A stretch of 64,000 nucleotides of DNA, taken from Dehalococcoidia bacterium. Lineage in GTDB: Bacteria > Chloroflexota > Dehalococcoidia > UBA6926. The notes under the pieces are model-generated. The model was not told the origin of the DNA. It did no database searches and saw only the letters and a list, made by a program, of their open reading frames with translations. The stretch's first letter is position 1. The number at the start of each line of letters is the position of its first letter. Location of the stretch: NCBI GenBank assembly GCA_965247995.1, contig OZ252041.1:259411-323410 (forward strand), read 5' to 3'. The position numbers were made by a program, and so were the translations under genes. Of the stretch, positions 29,569 through 39,100 are shown piece by piece.

Positions 29569-30756
29569 ATGGAAGCGATGCACGTCGCGTGCTTGCTCAT
29601 CGAGCACTTCGACTACCAACTCCATGCGGTCAGTAATCCAACGCTGCGTGGACGTCCCGTCATCATTGGTGACTACGGTTACGGCATCGTCGACCTCTCG
29701 AAGAAGGCAGAGAGCTATGGGATCACCACTGGAATGCCATTGCGCCAGGCTCTCGCCCATACGCGAGATGCAATCCTCATCGAGCCGGATCTGGGTCTGT
29801 ACCGGCGATCTTGGGTACAGGTCTTGGATGCGCTGCACAACATCACCCCACTCGTAGAGGACCAGGGCCGCGGCCTCGCTTTCGTTGGCATCGATGGACT
29901 CGAGCGGCTCTATGGAGACGGGGCAAATCTCCTGCGTGCGCTTCAAAGCGCCGTCCTTCCGCCTATCGAATCTCGTCTCGGTGTCGCACGAGGAAAGTTC
30001 GCTGCATACGTCTCGGCATGGGATGCTCTGCCCAACCGCGCTTTTCGGGCGCCAGAGGACATTGCACACTTCCTCTCCTCCAAGACTGTTCATCTCCTCC
30101 CGGTCGATTGGGAAATCCGCAACCGGCTCGATAGCTTTGGACTGAGCACCCTCGGCAAAGTAGCCAGCCAACAGCTGGGAGCGCTTCAAGCACAGTTCGG
30201 ACCGACCGGACGATTCATCTGGGAACTGGCCCGGGGAATCAGCGAGCACCCTCTAACGCCCTACCGCACAGAGGATGTTGTCGAAGAGCAACTCGTCTTT
30301 CCCGCACCAACGGCCAGCCTGGACCCGTTGCTCGTAGCAATTCACTGGCTGCTGGAGCGTACTTACCGCAACCCGCTCCTGTATGGGCGCTTCGCACGCA
30401 CAGCGGACCTACGCGGCGATGTGCTGAACAAGAGGCCGTGGCTCCAACGCATCACATTTCGTGAAGCACTCGGCGATCCGGATAGGGCCTTCGCATCCAT
30501 CAAGTTCGCCCTAGGCAACCTCTCACTCCCAGGTGCACTCGAAGCGCTTTCACTAACGCTTACCGGGATCACCGGCGAAGCAGGCACACAGCTCAGTTTC
30601 AACACAGACGTTCGGAGGCGAGAGAACCTCGCCGAAGCGATGCGTCAGGTCCGTGAACGGACCGAAGGCCGTACCCCTATCTATCGCGTACAGGAGATGG
30701 AACCATGGTCCAGACACCCAGAGAGACGACACGTTCTCGTGGAGTACGCCGTCTAA
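29569..30756 (+). CDS. imuB: ImuB-type catalytically inactive Y-family polymerase (mutasome subunit)
   Basis: Y-family (impB/mucB/samB) fold at the N-terminus. The DinB catalytic D-x-D…E residues are replaced (…ACLLIEHFDY…). It sits directly upstream of dnaE2. Confidence 0.75.
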   Translation: MEAMHVACLLIEHFDYQLHAVSNPTLRGRPVIIGDYGYGIVDLSKKAESYGITTGMPLRQALAHTRDAILIEPDLGLYRRSWVQVLDALHNITPLVEDQGRGLAFVGIDGLERLYGDGANLLRALQSAVLPPIESRLGVARGKFAAYVSAWDALPNRAFRAPEDIAHFLSSKTVHLLPVDWEIRNRLDSFGLSTLGKVASQQLGALQAQFGPTGRFIWELARGISEHPLTPYRTEDVVEEQLVFPAPTASLDPLLVAIHWLLERTYRNPLLYGRFARTADLRGDVLNKRPWLQRITFREALGDPDRAFASIKFALGNLSLPGALEALSLTLTGITGEAGTQLSFNTDVRRRENLAEAMRQVRERTEGRTPIYRVQEMEPWSRHPERRHVLVEYAV

Positions 30757-31019
30757 ACACCCCTCAGCCGATAGCGGTTCATGTCGATCCGTCATCTCGA
30801 CTCCCCACAGCGATCAGGAAACGTGGGGAGGCTTGGGAGAAGATCACCTCGTTCGAAGACACCTGGAGGGTTGAGGACGAGTGGTGGCGGGAGGTCCCCC
30901 TTATCCGAACGTACTATCGCGCCCTCCTTGAGGACGGCCGTCCGTTGACGCTCTTTCTAGACGAGATAACCGGCCGGTGGCACACCATCCGCGTGTCGGA
31001 ATTGCCTCGGAACCCCTAG
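30705..31019 (+). CDS. small Trp-rich hypothetical protein inside the imuB-dnaE2 cassette
   Basis: 104-aa ORF whose only start (ATG 30705) overlaps the imuB 3' end by 52 nt in another frame. Its stop is 8 nt before the dnaE2 ATG. Globular-looking C-terminal half: …TWRVEDEWWREVPLIRTYYRALLEDGRPLTLFLDEITGRWHTI…. Confidence 0.45.
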   Translation: MVQTPRETTRSRGVRRLNTPQPIAVHVDPSSRLPTAIRKRGEAWEKITSFEDTWRVEDEWWREVPLIRTYYRALLEDGRPLTLFLDEITGRWHTIRVSELPRNP

Positions 31020-31027
31020 CTCACCAA

Positions 31028-34000
31028 ATGTCCGCGTCCTACATCGAGCTCCACTGCCACTCAAACTTCTCGTTCCAGGAAGGAGCGTCCTTTCCGGACG
31101 AATTGCTCACACGTGCAAAGGAGCTTGGGTACCGGGCGCTTGCACTGACCGATCACGACAACCTCACAGCCGCCCTCGAATTTGCCGACCGGGCCTACCA
31201 GTACGACATCAAGCCCATCATTGGCGCAGAAGTGACCATGGTGGACGGCCACCACCTCACGCTCCTCACGGAGAGTCAGCGCGGCTACAAGAACCTCAGC
31301 ACCCTCCTCTCCTATGCCCACATCAAGAGCGATCGCCGTGATCCGCGCATGGACCCTGAAGAACTCGCCAGCCACCATGAGGGGCTCATTGTCCTGTCTG
31401 GTTGCTCAAGGGGAGAGATCCCATCGCTCGTAGCGGCGGGGAAGTTGGTTGAGGCCCGACAGGTGGCATCCCGTTACGCAGACGTATTTGGCCAAACGCA
31501 GAGCTTCTTTCTGGAGTTGCAGCAAAACCTCGTTCACGGAGACACCGCCCGCAACCGCCACCTCGTCTCGCTCAGCAGGGAATTGGACCTACCGCTCGTT
31601 GCCACTAATAACGTCCACTACCACGTCCCCAAGCGCCATCGTCTTCATGACGTCCTCGTTGCAGTGAAGAACCGCAAGACCTTGGAGGAAAGCCATCAGG
31701 AACGGCGTGCCAACAGCGAGTTCTACCTGAAGTCGCCGGAGAAGATGTGCGACCTCTTCATCAACCTTCCAGAGGCAACGCAGAACACCGTCGCCATCGC
31801 CGAACGGTGCACCTCGTTCGACCTGAGGCAGCACCTGGGGTACGAGTTTCCGGAGTACGAAACACCAGGCGGAATTCCACAGCTTGACTACCTACGCCGA
31901 ATCTGCGAGCAGGCAGCCCGGCGAAAATACGGCTCGATCGATAAGCACGTGCGTGCACGGCTGGATGAGGAACTCCGCCGGATCGAACGGCACAGCCTCG
32001 CTGGGTTCTTCCTCATCTACTACGACATCATCCAGCTGGCACGGGAGGTCATGCTCGACCTGGGCCTCAGTGACCCCGAAGTCCCGCTGGAAGAAAATCC
32101 GCCGGGACGCGGGCGCGGTTCGTCTGTAGCAATGCTCGTGGGTTACCTCATCGGTCTGAGCCACATTGACCCACTGAGGTTCGACCTCGGCCTCGATCGA
32201 TTCCTTCCTGAGGATGGAGAGATCAGTGCCCCAGACATCGACCTCGACTTCCCAAGGAATATCCGCGAAGAGCTGATCCTCCGCGTACACGAGCGGTACG
32301 GTTGGGAAAGATCAGCACTGGTCGGTGCAATCAGCACCTATCAGGCCCGCGGGGTAATCAGAGACCTCGGGAAGGCGCTCAGTCTCCCACCAGACCAAGT
32401 AGACCGGTTAGCGAAACGAATGGACCACCATGCAAGCGGCAACCTCCGCAGAGAGATGTCTCAGATGACCGAGTTCCGGCATCTCCTCAGTGCACCTGGT
32501 TGGCGCGATCTTCTAGAGCTCGCACCCTACCTCTCCAACTTTCCGCGCCTCGTGCAGCAACACTCCGGCGGCATGGTCATCTCTTCGTCGCCGCTGATAG
32601 AAGTAGTTCCGGTGATGCAGGGGGCCATCGAAGGTCGCTATGTCATGCAGTGGGACAAGGAGTCCGTCAACACCGCAAACATGGTGAAGATCGACTTCCT
32701 AGCGCTGGGGACGCTCTCACAGATGCAGGAGGTTGTTCGGCTCGTCGAGCAGAAGACGGGTGAGCCCCTGGACCTCTCACGGATCGATATCGACGATCAG
32801 TCGGTTTACGACTCCCTCCACCGTGCCGACACCGTTGGCATCTTCCAGGTCGAGTCAGCCGCGCAGATGCAGACGACTCCTCGCCTGAAGCCCGGGAACC
32901 TTCATGAAATGGCCTTTGAGGTCGCCGCTGTGCGTCCCGGTGTTGGGGCCAATGACGGGGTCACGCACTTCATTCGCAGATATCGACAAGGAGTGGCCTG
33001 GGAATACGATCACCCTCTCGAGAAGAAAGCCCTCGAGCGGACGCTGGGGATCATCCTCTTCCAGGATCAGGTCAACGAAGTCGCTATGAACGTTGCTTCC
33101 TTCTCACCGCGCGAAGCCGACCTCATGCGGCGCGACTTTAGCAAGCGCCGTAATAAGCGCCTCATCGCCAACTGGCAGCAACGGTTCCTGGAAGGCGCCG
33201 CTGAGAACAAGGTCCCAACCGATGTAGCTGAACGCATCTTCTGGAAGTTCAACGGGCAATACATGTTCCCAGAGGCGCATGCCTACGCGTTCGGCATCAC
33301 CGCATATCAGATGTCATGGCTCAAGCTCCATCACCCACTGGAGTTCTACACTGGCCTCTTCAACGAGCAGCCCATGGGTTTCTGGTCCACGGAGACGATC
33401 AAGGAAGACGCGAAGCGCCATGGGATCTCTGTCCTCAACCCCGACGCGAACCGAAGCGAGGAGAAGACGGTCATCGAAGGCGAGGCAGTCCGCTTGGGCT
33501 TCACCTACGTCCAGCACATGGGACCAGCCCACGTCACTACCTTGCTCAAGGAGAGACGTCAGAGCGGCTCGTATCGCTCGGTGCCAGATGTAGTCCGCCG
33601 GACGGAAATGCCGCAGCGAACTCTGGACTCCCTCGCCGAGGCTGGAGTTTTCGATTCACTCAATCCAGACCGGCGCGCGACCAAGTGGGAGATCGGACTT
33701 CTCCATCGCTCTCAGGGCGGTCAGCTTCAACTCGATCTCCCAACCGAGCAGGACATGGCTGACCTCCCCAGCCAAACATTCGGTGAGCGCTTAAGCGAGG
33801 AGTACAAGTCCCTCGGTATGGCGCCATCTGGCCACGCAATGCAGGAATTCCGTGACTATCTCCCTAAGGAGGTCATCCCCAGCTATCGCCTCGACGAGCT
33901 CACCGAAGGGGACAACGCACTGGTCGCAGGGCGTGTCATCCGCCGCCAGAGACCAAATGGGCGGACAGTCTTCATCACACTTGAGGACGAGTACGGCTTC

Positions 34001-34177
34001 ATCCCGCTCATCGTCTGGCAGAAAACGTGGTTGACGCACCATGAGGTCCTGCGAAATCCCTACCTGCTGATCAACGGCACCGCCAGCAGACGGGAAGGGA
34101 CGCTCAACATCGTCGTCGTCGGGGCGCGCTCACTTGGGGCACTCGCCCACGCCACGAGCTCTCGGGATTGGCACTAG
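31028..34177 (+). CDS. dnaE2: error-prone DNA polymerase III alpha (DnaE2)
   Basis: PHP domain (…ELHCHSNFSFQEGAS…LALTDHDN…), polymerase core, and an OB fold near the C-terminus. About 1049 aa and no tau/beta-binding tail, typical of DnaE2 rather than DnaE1. ATG at 31028. Confidence 0.88.
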   Translation: MSASYIELHCHSNFSFQEGASFPDELLTRAKELGYRALALTDHDNLTAALEFADRAYQYDIKPIIGAEVTMVDGHHLTLLTESQRGYKNLSTLLSYAHIKSDRRDPRMDPEELASHHEGLIVLSGCSRGEIPSLVAAGKLVEARQVASRYADVFGQTQSFFLELQQNLVHGDTARNRHLVSLSRELDLPLVATNNVHYHVPKRHRLHDVLVAVKNRKTLEESHQERRANSEFYLKSPEKMCDLFINLPEATQNTVAIAERCTSFDLRQHLGYEFPEYETPGGIPQLDYLRRICEQAARRKYGSIDKHVRARLDEELRRIERHSLAGFFLIYYDIIQLAREVMLDLGLSDPEVPLEENPPGRGRGSSVAMLVGYLIGLSHIDPLRFDLGLDRFLPEDGEISAPDIDLDFPRNIREELILRVHERYGWERSALVGAISTYQARGVIRDLGKALSLPPDQVDRLAKRMDHHASGNLRREMSQMTEFRHLLSAPGWRDLLELAPYLSNFPRLVQQHSGGMVISSSPLIEVVPVMQGAIEGRYVMQWDKESVNTANMVKIDFLALGTLSQMQEVVRLVEQKTGEPLDLSRIDIDDQSVYDSLHRADTVGIFQVESAAQMQTTPRLKPGNLHEMAFEVAAVRPGVGANDGVTHFIRRYRQGVAWEYDHPLEKKALERTLGIILFQDQVNEVAMNVASFSPREADLMRRDFSKRRNKRLIANWQQRFLEGAAENKVPTDVAERIFWKFNGQYMFPEAHAYAFGITAYQMSWLKLHHPLEFYTGLFNEQPMGFWSTETIKEDAKRHGISVLNPDANRSEEKTVIEGEAVRLGFTYVQHMGPAHVTTLLKERRQSGSYRSVPDVVRRTEMPQRTLDSLAEAGVFDSLNPDRRATKWEIGLLHRSQGGQLQLDLPTEQDMADLPSQTFGERLSEEYKSLGMAPSGHAMQEFRDYLPKEVIPSYRLDELTEGDNALVAGRVIRRQRPNGRTVFITLEDEYGFIPLIVWQKTWLTHHEVLRNPYLLINGTASRREGTLNIVVVGARSLGALAHATSSRDWH

Positions 34178-34247
34178 CCAATCATGCGAGCGATCCCCCG
34201 GAACGACAATTCTTCGAGGGTTTTTCCAACCAGCTAATCGAGGAGCT

Positions 34248-34290
34248 AGGTGGCGACCATGCGTGAAACACGCCGTACCAGTCGCCACCT
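34248..34290 (+). terminator. GC-rich stem-loop downstream of dnaE2
   Basis: AGGTGGCGAC…(24-nt loop with a nested stem)…GTCGCCACCT forms a perfect 10-bp stem. No clear U-tract follows. Confidence 0.35.
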
Positions 34291-34368
34291 GATTCGATCG
34301 CACCGATACCCCAAGTCGGCCACGGACGGTACGCTGTCATCAATAGTCTCCCGACACTAGGAGGAAAC

Positions 34369-34911
34369 GTGCTCCGCAGCTTCAACGGCAAAAGCCCCAA
34401 AGTCCATCCAACTGCTTTCGTGAGTGAGGCCGCATACGTCGTCGGCGACGTCGAGATCGGTCCTTACTCGAGTATCTGGCCCGGCACCGTCATCCGCGCC
34501 AACGCAAACAAGATCACAATCGGCGCCTACGTGGACATCCAGGACAACTGCATGGTCCATTCCGACAGCGATGCGTACTACGGCGACTACGCGACGCTCG
34601 GTCACGCCGTCATGTGCCACGCCAAGACCGTCGCAACGCATTCACTCGTCGGCAACGGCGCCGTCGTCAATGGTGACGCCGAAATCGGCGAACACAGCAT
34701 CATCGCCGCCGGGTCTGTCGTGCTCGAGCGCGTCGTCATCCCGCCGAACTCGTTCGTCACCGGCGCACCTGCCGAGGTGCGCCGACAGACCGAGCAGCGC
34801 CACCGCGACCTGATCAAGGGCACCGCGGAGGGCTACGCCAGGAACGGACAGGCATTCAAGGAAGCCGGCCTCGGAGACGTGCCGCCGGAATTCCTCATGG
34901 ACTCCGACTAG
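34369..34911 (+). CDS. gamma-carbonic-anhydrase-like / hexapeptide-repeat (PaaY/CaiE/YrdA) protein
   Basis: Left-handed beta-helix hexapeptide repeats with His ligands (…HSDSD…H…H). GTG start after AGGAGGA. Confidence 0.8.
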   Translation: MLRSFNGKSPKVHPTAFVSEAAYVVGDVEIGPYSSIWPGTVIRANANKITIGAYVDIQDNCMVHSDSDAYYGDYATLGHAVMCHAKTVATHSLVGNGAVVNGDAEIGEHSIIAAGSVVLERVVIPPNSFVTGAPAEVRRQTEQRHRDLIKGTAEGYARNGQAFKEAGLGDVPPEFLMDSD

Positions 34912-34993
34912 CTAGCACGCTCGCCCTTCACCGTTCCGCTTGATACCGTCAGCCGCGCGGCCCCATGGGCCGGCCCGCATGGAGGAACCAGCG

Positions 34994-35767
34994 ATGGACT
35001 TGGGCATTCGAGACAAAGTGGCGTTGGTCACCGGCGGAAGCCGCGGCCTCGGCCGCCAAGCCGCCATGAGCCTTGCGCGCGAGGGCGCCAGACTCGGTAT
35101 CTGCGCCAGGACCGAGGACACCCTGACCCAGACTGTCGACGAGTTGCGTGGCCTCGGTGTCGACGCCGTTGGCGTCCCCGGCGATGTCATGCTCCCCGAC
35201 GACTGCCAGCGGATCTACTCGGAGGTGTCGCGGCAGCTCGGCCCGCCCGACATCCTCGTCAACAACGCCGGCGGCAGCCGCCAAGGCACCGTTGTCACTG
35301 CTACCGACCAGCAGTGGACCGAATCGTTAAACCTCAACGTCATGTCGGCCATTCGGATGAGCAGACTGGCTCTGCCTGCGATGCAGGACCGCAACTGGGG
35401 CCGAATCGTGAACATCGCGTCGATCTACGGCCGCGAGCACGGCGGCTCGGCTCCCTATATGACATCAAAGGCCGCTTTGATCGCGTTGACCAAGAACATG
35501 GCCTTGTCGCTGGCTAAGGACGGTGTCCTCGTCAATTGTGTGGCCCCGGGATCAATCGCATTTCCTGGTGGGAGTTGGGACCGGTTCCAACAGAACCAAC
35601 CTCCCGAAGCCGTCGCCGAATTCATCGAGCGCAACTTGCCCATGGGCAAGTTCGGTTGGTCTGAGCCCGTCGGTGATCTCGTCACCTACCTGGCATCCGA
35701 ACGGGCTGGGCTCCTGACTGGGACTTGTATCAATATCGACGGCGGACAGTCGAAGTCCCTGATTTAG
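34994..35767 (+). CDS. SDR-family oxidoreductase
   Basis: TGGSRGLG cofactor motif, NNAG, catalytic S…Y…K. ATG 34994 follows GGAGGA. The ORF-track start at 34940 is upstream. Confidence 0.85.
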   Translation: MDLGIRDKVALVTGGSRGLGRQAAMSLAREGARLGICARTEDTLTQTVDELRGLGVDAVGVPGDVMLPDDCQRIYSEVSRQLGPPDILVNNAGGSRQGTVVTATDQQWTESLNLNVMSAIRMSRLALPAMQDRNWGRIVNIASIYGREHGGSAPYMTSKAALIALTKNMALSLAKDGVLVNCVAPGSIAFPGGSWDRFQQNQPPEAVAEFIERNLPMGKFGWSEPVGDLVTYLASERAGLLTGTCINIDGGQSKSLI

Positions 35768-35783
35768 TCCAGCCGGGTTTCGG

Positions 35784-37196
35784 CTACAGGGGCGGCCGCT
35801 CCTTGTGCCAGTCCGTCACTTGTTGAAATGCGTGCCCGACAGCGATCACCGTCGACTCGTCGAACGCTCGTCCCGCGATCTGCATCCCAGCCGGAAGGCC
35901 GGTCGTGGCAGTCCGTCCGACCGGCACCGACATGGCCGGGAGTCCAGAGAGGTTGAACGGGCTCAGGTAACGAAACCCGCTCCCGGCAGTCGCCGGGTCA
36001 TACCCTTCTAGTCTGGGAGCGGTGTATGGGAACGAAGGCGCGACGATGATATCGGCCTGGCGAAGGACCGAGTCAAACTCCTCCCGCACCACAGCCCGAA
36101 CGCGTTGTGCCTGAACGTAATCGCCGGTCGTGAACAGCGCACCCAGGAGGAACCGCTGGCGGACCGCGTCGCCGAAGTCGTGTCGGCGTTCCTTCAGATT
36201 CCGTTCGTGGTAAGCGTACGCCTCGCCCATCATGATGACCGAGCTCGCGCCTCGAGAGGAGAAGAGGCTCGGGATGCTCACGTCCTGGATCTCTGCTCCT
36301 AACTGCTGCAGGGCATCGATCGCATCCTCAACGAGCGTCGCCACTTCAGGATCCAGGTCCGGCTGACCGTCGAAGAAATAGTCGCGCGGCACCCCAACCG
36401 TCAGCCCCGCTAGGTCAGGCCGGAGGGCGGACGTGTAGTCGGACACCGCCTCCGTGCTCGCCGTTGGGTCTTTCGGATCCGGTCCAGCGATGGCCTGGAG
36501 CATCAGCGCCGCGTCCTCGACCGTCCGCGTCATCGGGCCGCAGTGGTCCAGGGTCCAGCTCAGCGGCACGACGCCGAATCGGCTGACGCGCCCATACGTC
36601 GGCTTCAGCCCGGTAATCCCGCAGAACGCCGCGGGACCGCGGATGGAACCGCCAGTGTCCGAACCCAACGCGCCCATCGCCAGCCCCGCTGCGACCGCCG
36701 CGCCGGATCCCGAACTGGATCCGCCCGGGTAGTGCTCTCGGTTCCATGGATTTCGTGCGCTCGCGAACAGGCTGGTTGGGTCCGGCCCGCCCAGCGCGAA
36801 CTCGTTCATGCACAGTTTGCCCAGCAGGATTGCTCCGGCTTCCGTCAGCTTGCGGCCCGCGGTGCTGTCCTCCGATGGAACCCAATCCCGCATGACCCGC
36901 GAGTTGGCCGTCGTTCGGACGCCCGCGGTCGCGTACAGGTCCTTCAAGGCGATCGGAATGCCGTGCATCGGGCCCCGGTACCCGCCGCCCGCGATCTCGC
37001 GCTCCGCTGCCCGCGCCGCATCCATCGCCTCGTCGGCCAACACCGTGACGTAGGAGTCGAGCGCGCCGTCGATCTCATCAATCCGATCAAGGTGCGCACG
37101 GGTGAGTTCCAGCGGCGACAGTTCTCGGTCCCGAATCCGTTCGGCAGCCTGGGAAATGGTCAGGTAGCAGAGGTCAGTCGTTGTACTGGCCATCAC
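35784..37196 (-). CDS. amidase-signature (AS) family amidase
   Basis: Catalytic Lys (IALKDL), GGSSSGSG Ser-nucleophile motif, 470 aa. Confidence 0.85.
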   Translation of the reverse strand: MMASTTTDLCYLTISQAAERIRDRELSPLELTRAHLDRIDEIDGALDSYVTVLADEAMDAARAAEREIAGGGYRGPMHGIPIALKDLYATAGVRTTANSRVMRDWVPSEDSTAGRKLTEAGAILLGKLCMNEFALGGPDPTSLFASARNPWNREHYPGGSSSGSGAAVAAGLAMGALGSDTGGSIRGPAAFCGITGLKPTYGRVSRFGVVPLSWTLDHCGPMTRTVEDAALMLQAIAGPDPKDPTASTEAVSDYTSALRPDLAGLTVGVPRDYFFDGQPDLDPEVATLVEDAIDALQQLGAEIQDVSIPSLFSSRGASSVIMMGEAYAYHERNLKERRHDFGDAVRQRFLLGALFTTGDYVQAQRVRAVVREEFDSVLRQADIIVAPSFPYTAPRLEGYDPATAGSGFRYLSPFNLSGLPAMSVPVGRTATTGLPAGMQIAGRAFDESTVIAVGHAFQQVTDWHKERPPL

Positions 37197-37405
37197 GCTT
37201 CCCCCACTGTGTGACGAGCATCGAACTCGACCGCGGGGTCACGCATCCCAAGATCCGTTGAATGGAGTTGCCGAAGCTGCGCGCGGAGCGGTTCGAACGC
37301 GCGTTGAAGCTCGGTACGTTCGTCGGGTGTCAGATCAAGTCCGGCCCGTTCCACCAGTACCCGAAACTCGTCCGGGTCGAGCGGTTGTTCACTATCGATA
37401 TCCAT
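37193..37405 (-). CDS. small GatC/AtzG-like (DUF4089-type) partner subunit of the amidase
   Basis: 70-aa acidic helical protein (…DPDEFRVLVERAGLDLTPDERTELQRAFEPLRAQL…). Its stop overlaps the amidase start codon (ATGA). Confidence 0.55.
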   Translation of the reverse strand: MDIDSEQPLDPDEFRVLVERAGLDLTPDERTELQRAFEPLRAQLRQLHSTDLGMRDPAVEFDARHTVGEA

Positions 37406-37535
37406 CGTGTTCCCCGCGTTTCGAACCGTTCGGTCTGCTAGCCCACGAGTTTACGTCAAGGAGCCAGCCGGGAGCGCCGCATCGTCGTACGATATAGCAG
37501 TCCTGACTACACCAATCGAGAGAGGCACATCATTC

Positions 37536-38459
37536 ATGGCATTGACCCGCATTCACCACGTTAGCCAGATCGCTCCGGACTTCGACCAAGCACAGCACGT
37601 TTATGTAGATGGCATGGGATTGGCCGTCGATCTCCACCGCTCACCCCTGCCGGACGGTCGGCCGGGCGATTTGGAAGGTACGAGGGCGCTCGAATTTCCA
37701 ATCGGTGAGATGTTCATCGAGGTCAGTTGCCCCTCACCAGGAGGGGATTCGCTCGTTCGGCAGTTCCTAGCGGAGCGGAACGACGTCGGTGGAATGCACC
37801 ACGTCGCCTTCGCGTCCACTGACCTCCAGAACGATGTCCAGGACCTGGAACGCAAGGGGTTGCGGTTCCTGGCGCACCCTGGCGGCTCGGGGCCGCTGCT
37901 GGTCGACCCGGAGATGACCATGGGTCTCCTCATCGAGATCATCGCGGACGACCACTACTACACCCACCCCATGTATCGGGGTGACGGGGTCGCAACTGGC
38001 ATGGCCCACATCGGTATTGCGGCGCGCAGTGAGGAAGAGATAACCGACCTCTTCACCGGGAAGTTCGGATTCGCCGCAGATGAACGAGCGGGCCGCTCCG
38101 CAGGTACCGCAACGCCAGCACGCAGCCAACAACCGCCCCGGGAAGCCGACGACGATGTCTCCATTGTCGAATTCCCATTCGGCGGTACGGTGATCGAGGT
38201 CTCCGTGCCGAACGACGACGTCAGCGGCACCGCGCGGTTCCTCGCAACGCGGGGCGCACTCGGCGCCGCCTGGCACCACATCTGCCCGTTCGCCCCGGAC
38301 GTCCATGAATTCATGGACCGCGGCAACGCCGCCGGTATGCGTCAGCTTGGCTCGATTCCGCCCAGGGACGTGGACGCGCGGGCCGTAGGGTGGTTCCACC
38401 CCCGCTCCGCACTCGGGACCTTGATAGAGGTCTGGAACCGGGCACCGAACCACCCGTAA
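37536..38459 (+). CDS. VOC-family (glyoxalase/bleomycin-resistance/dioxygenase) tandem-domain protein
   Basis: Two repeats of …IHHV… / …MHHVAF… / …HHICPF… metal-binding beta-alpha-beta-beta-beta modules. ATG 37536 chosen. Confidence 0.7.
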   Translation: MALTRIHHVSQIAPDFDQAQHVYVDGMGLAVDLHRSPLPDGRPGDLEGTRALEFPIGEMFIEVSCPSPGGDSLVRQFLAERNDVGGMHHVAFASTDLQNDVQDLERKGLRFLAHPGGSGPLLVDPEMTMGLLIEIIADDHYYTHPMYRGDGVATGMAHIGIAARSEEEITDLFTGKFGFAADERAGRSAGTATPARSQQPPREADDDVSIVEFPFGGTVIEVSVPNDDVSGTARFLATRGALGAAWHHICPFAPDVHEFMDRGNAAGMRQLGSIPPRDVDARAVGWFHPRSALGTLIEVWNRAPNHP

Positions 38460-38599
38460 GCCACCATCCCCTCTGTCGTGGTCGCCGCGACAGGGGGGGC
38501 AATTCGCGATCGCTGGACACGGTCCTCAGTCGTTTGTACGGTATTGGCATCCAAGCGCCCGACGCCAGTTGGTCGTGAACCTTATTGAGACTGTGTCGC

Positions 38600-39034
38600 A
38601 TGACCACCACACTGAACCCCCGGCCTGACATCATGGCGGTCCTCGAGGACCGGGGCCACCGCTCCACTGCCCCGCGGCGGGCCATTACGCAGATTCTGGA
38701 AGGGAAGCAGGAGGGTTTCACTGCTGACGAGATCGGGCGCGAGTTGCCTGATGTAGGCAGAGCAACAGTCTTTCGAACGATCAAGCTCCTCATGAACGCA
38801 GGCGTCGTGTGCAGGCTGAACCTACCGGAAGGTGCGCCCAGATATAGCCTCTCCCGCATTGAGCACCACCATCACACCGTTTGTGTACGGTGCGGGAACG
38901 TTGGTGAATTTCGCGCCGCCACGGTTGAACGCCTCGTAGCCGCAATAGGAGAGGACCTTCCCGGGGACATCGTTGGACACAACATTGAGCTCTTCATTGT
39001 TTGTGCCGCGTGCGTCTCGGGCGAAGGTAGCTAG
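38600..39034 (+). CDS. zur: Fur-family transcriptional regulator, probable Zur
   Basis: Winged-helix N-terminus, HHH.C..C and C…CxxC metal sites. Adjacent to znuACB and the Zur-box palindrome. Confidence 0.8.
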   Translation: MTTTLNPRPDIMAVLEDRGHRSTAPRRAITQILEGKQEGFTADEIGRELPDVGRATVFRTIKLLMNAGVVCRLNLPEGAPRYSLSRIEHHHHTVCVRCGNVGEFRAATVERLVAAIGEDLPGDIVGHNIELFIVCAACVSGEGS

Positions 39035-39073
39035 TCCCGTCTAGGTTGATCTGTGCCATCGAGTACGCTTATG

Positions 39074-39100
39074 GCTTATTGATATCTAGTATCAATAAGC
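39074..39100 (+). promoter_or_regulatory. Zur/Fur-box-like AT-rich palindrome
   Basis: GCTTATTGATA-TCTAG-TATCAATAAGC: 11-bp perfect inverted arms, an AT-rich island in GC-rich DNA, between zur and znuA. Confidence 0.6.
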
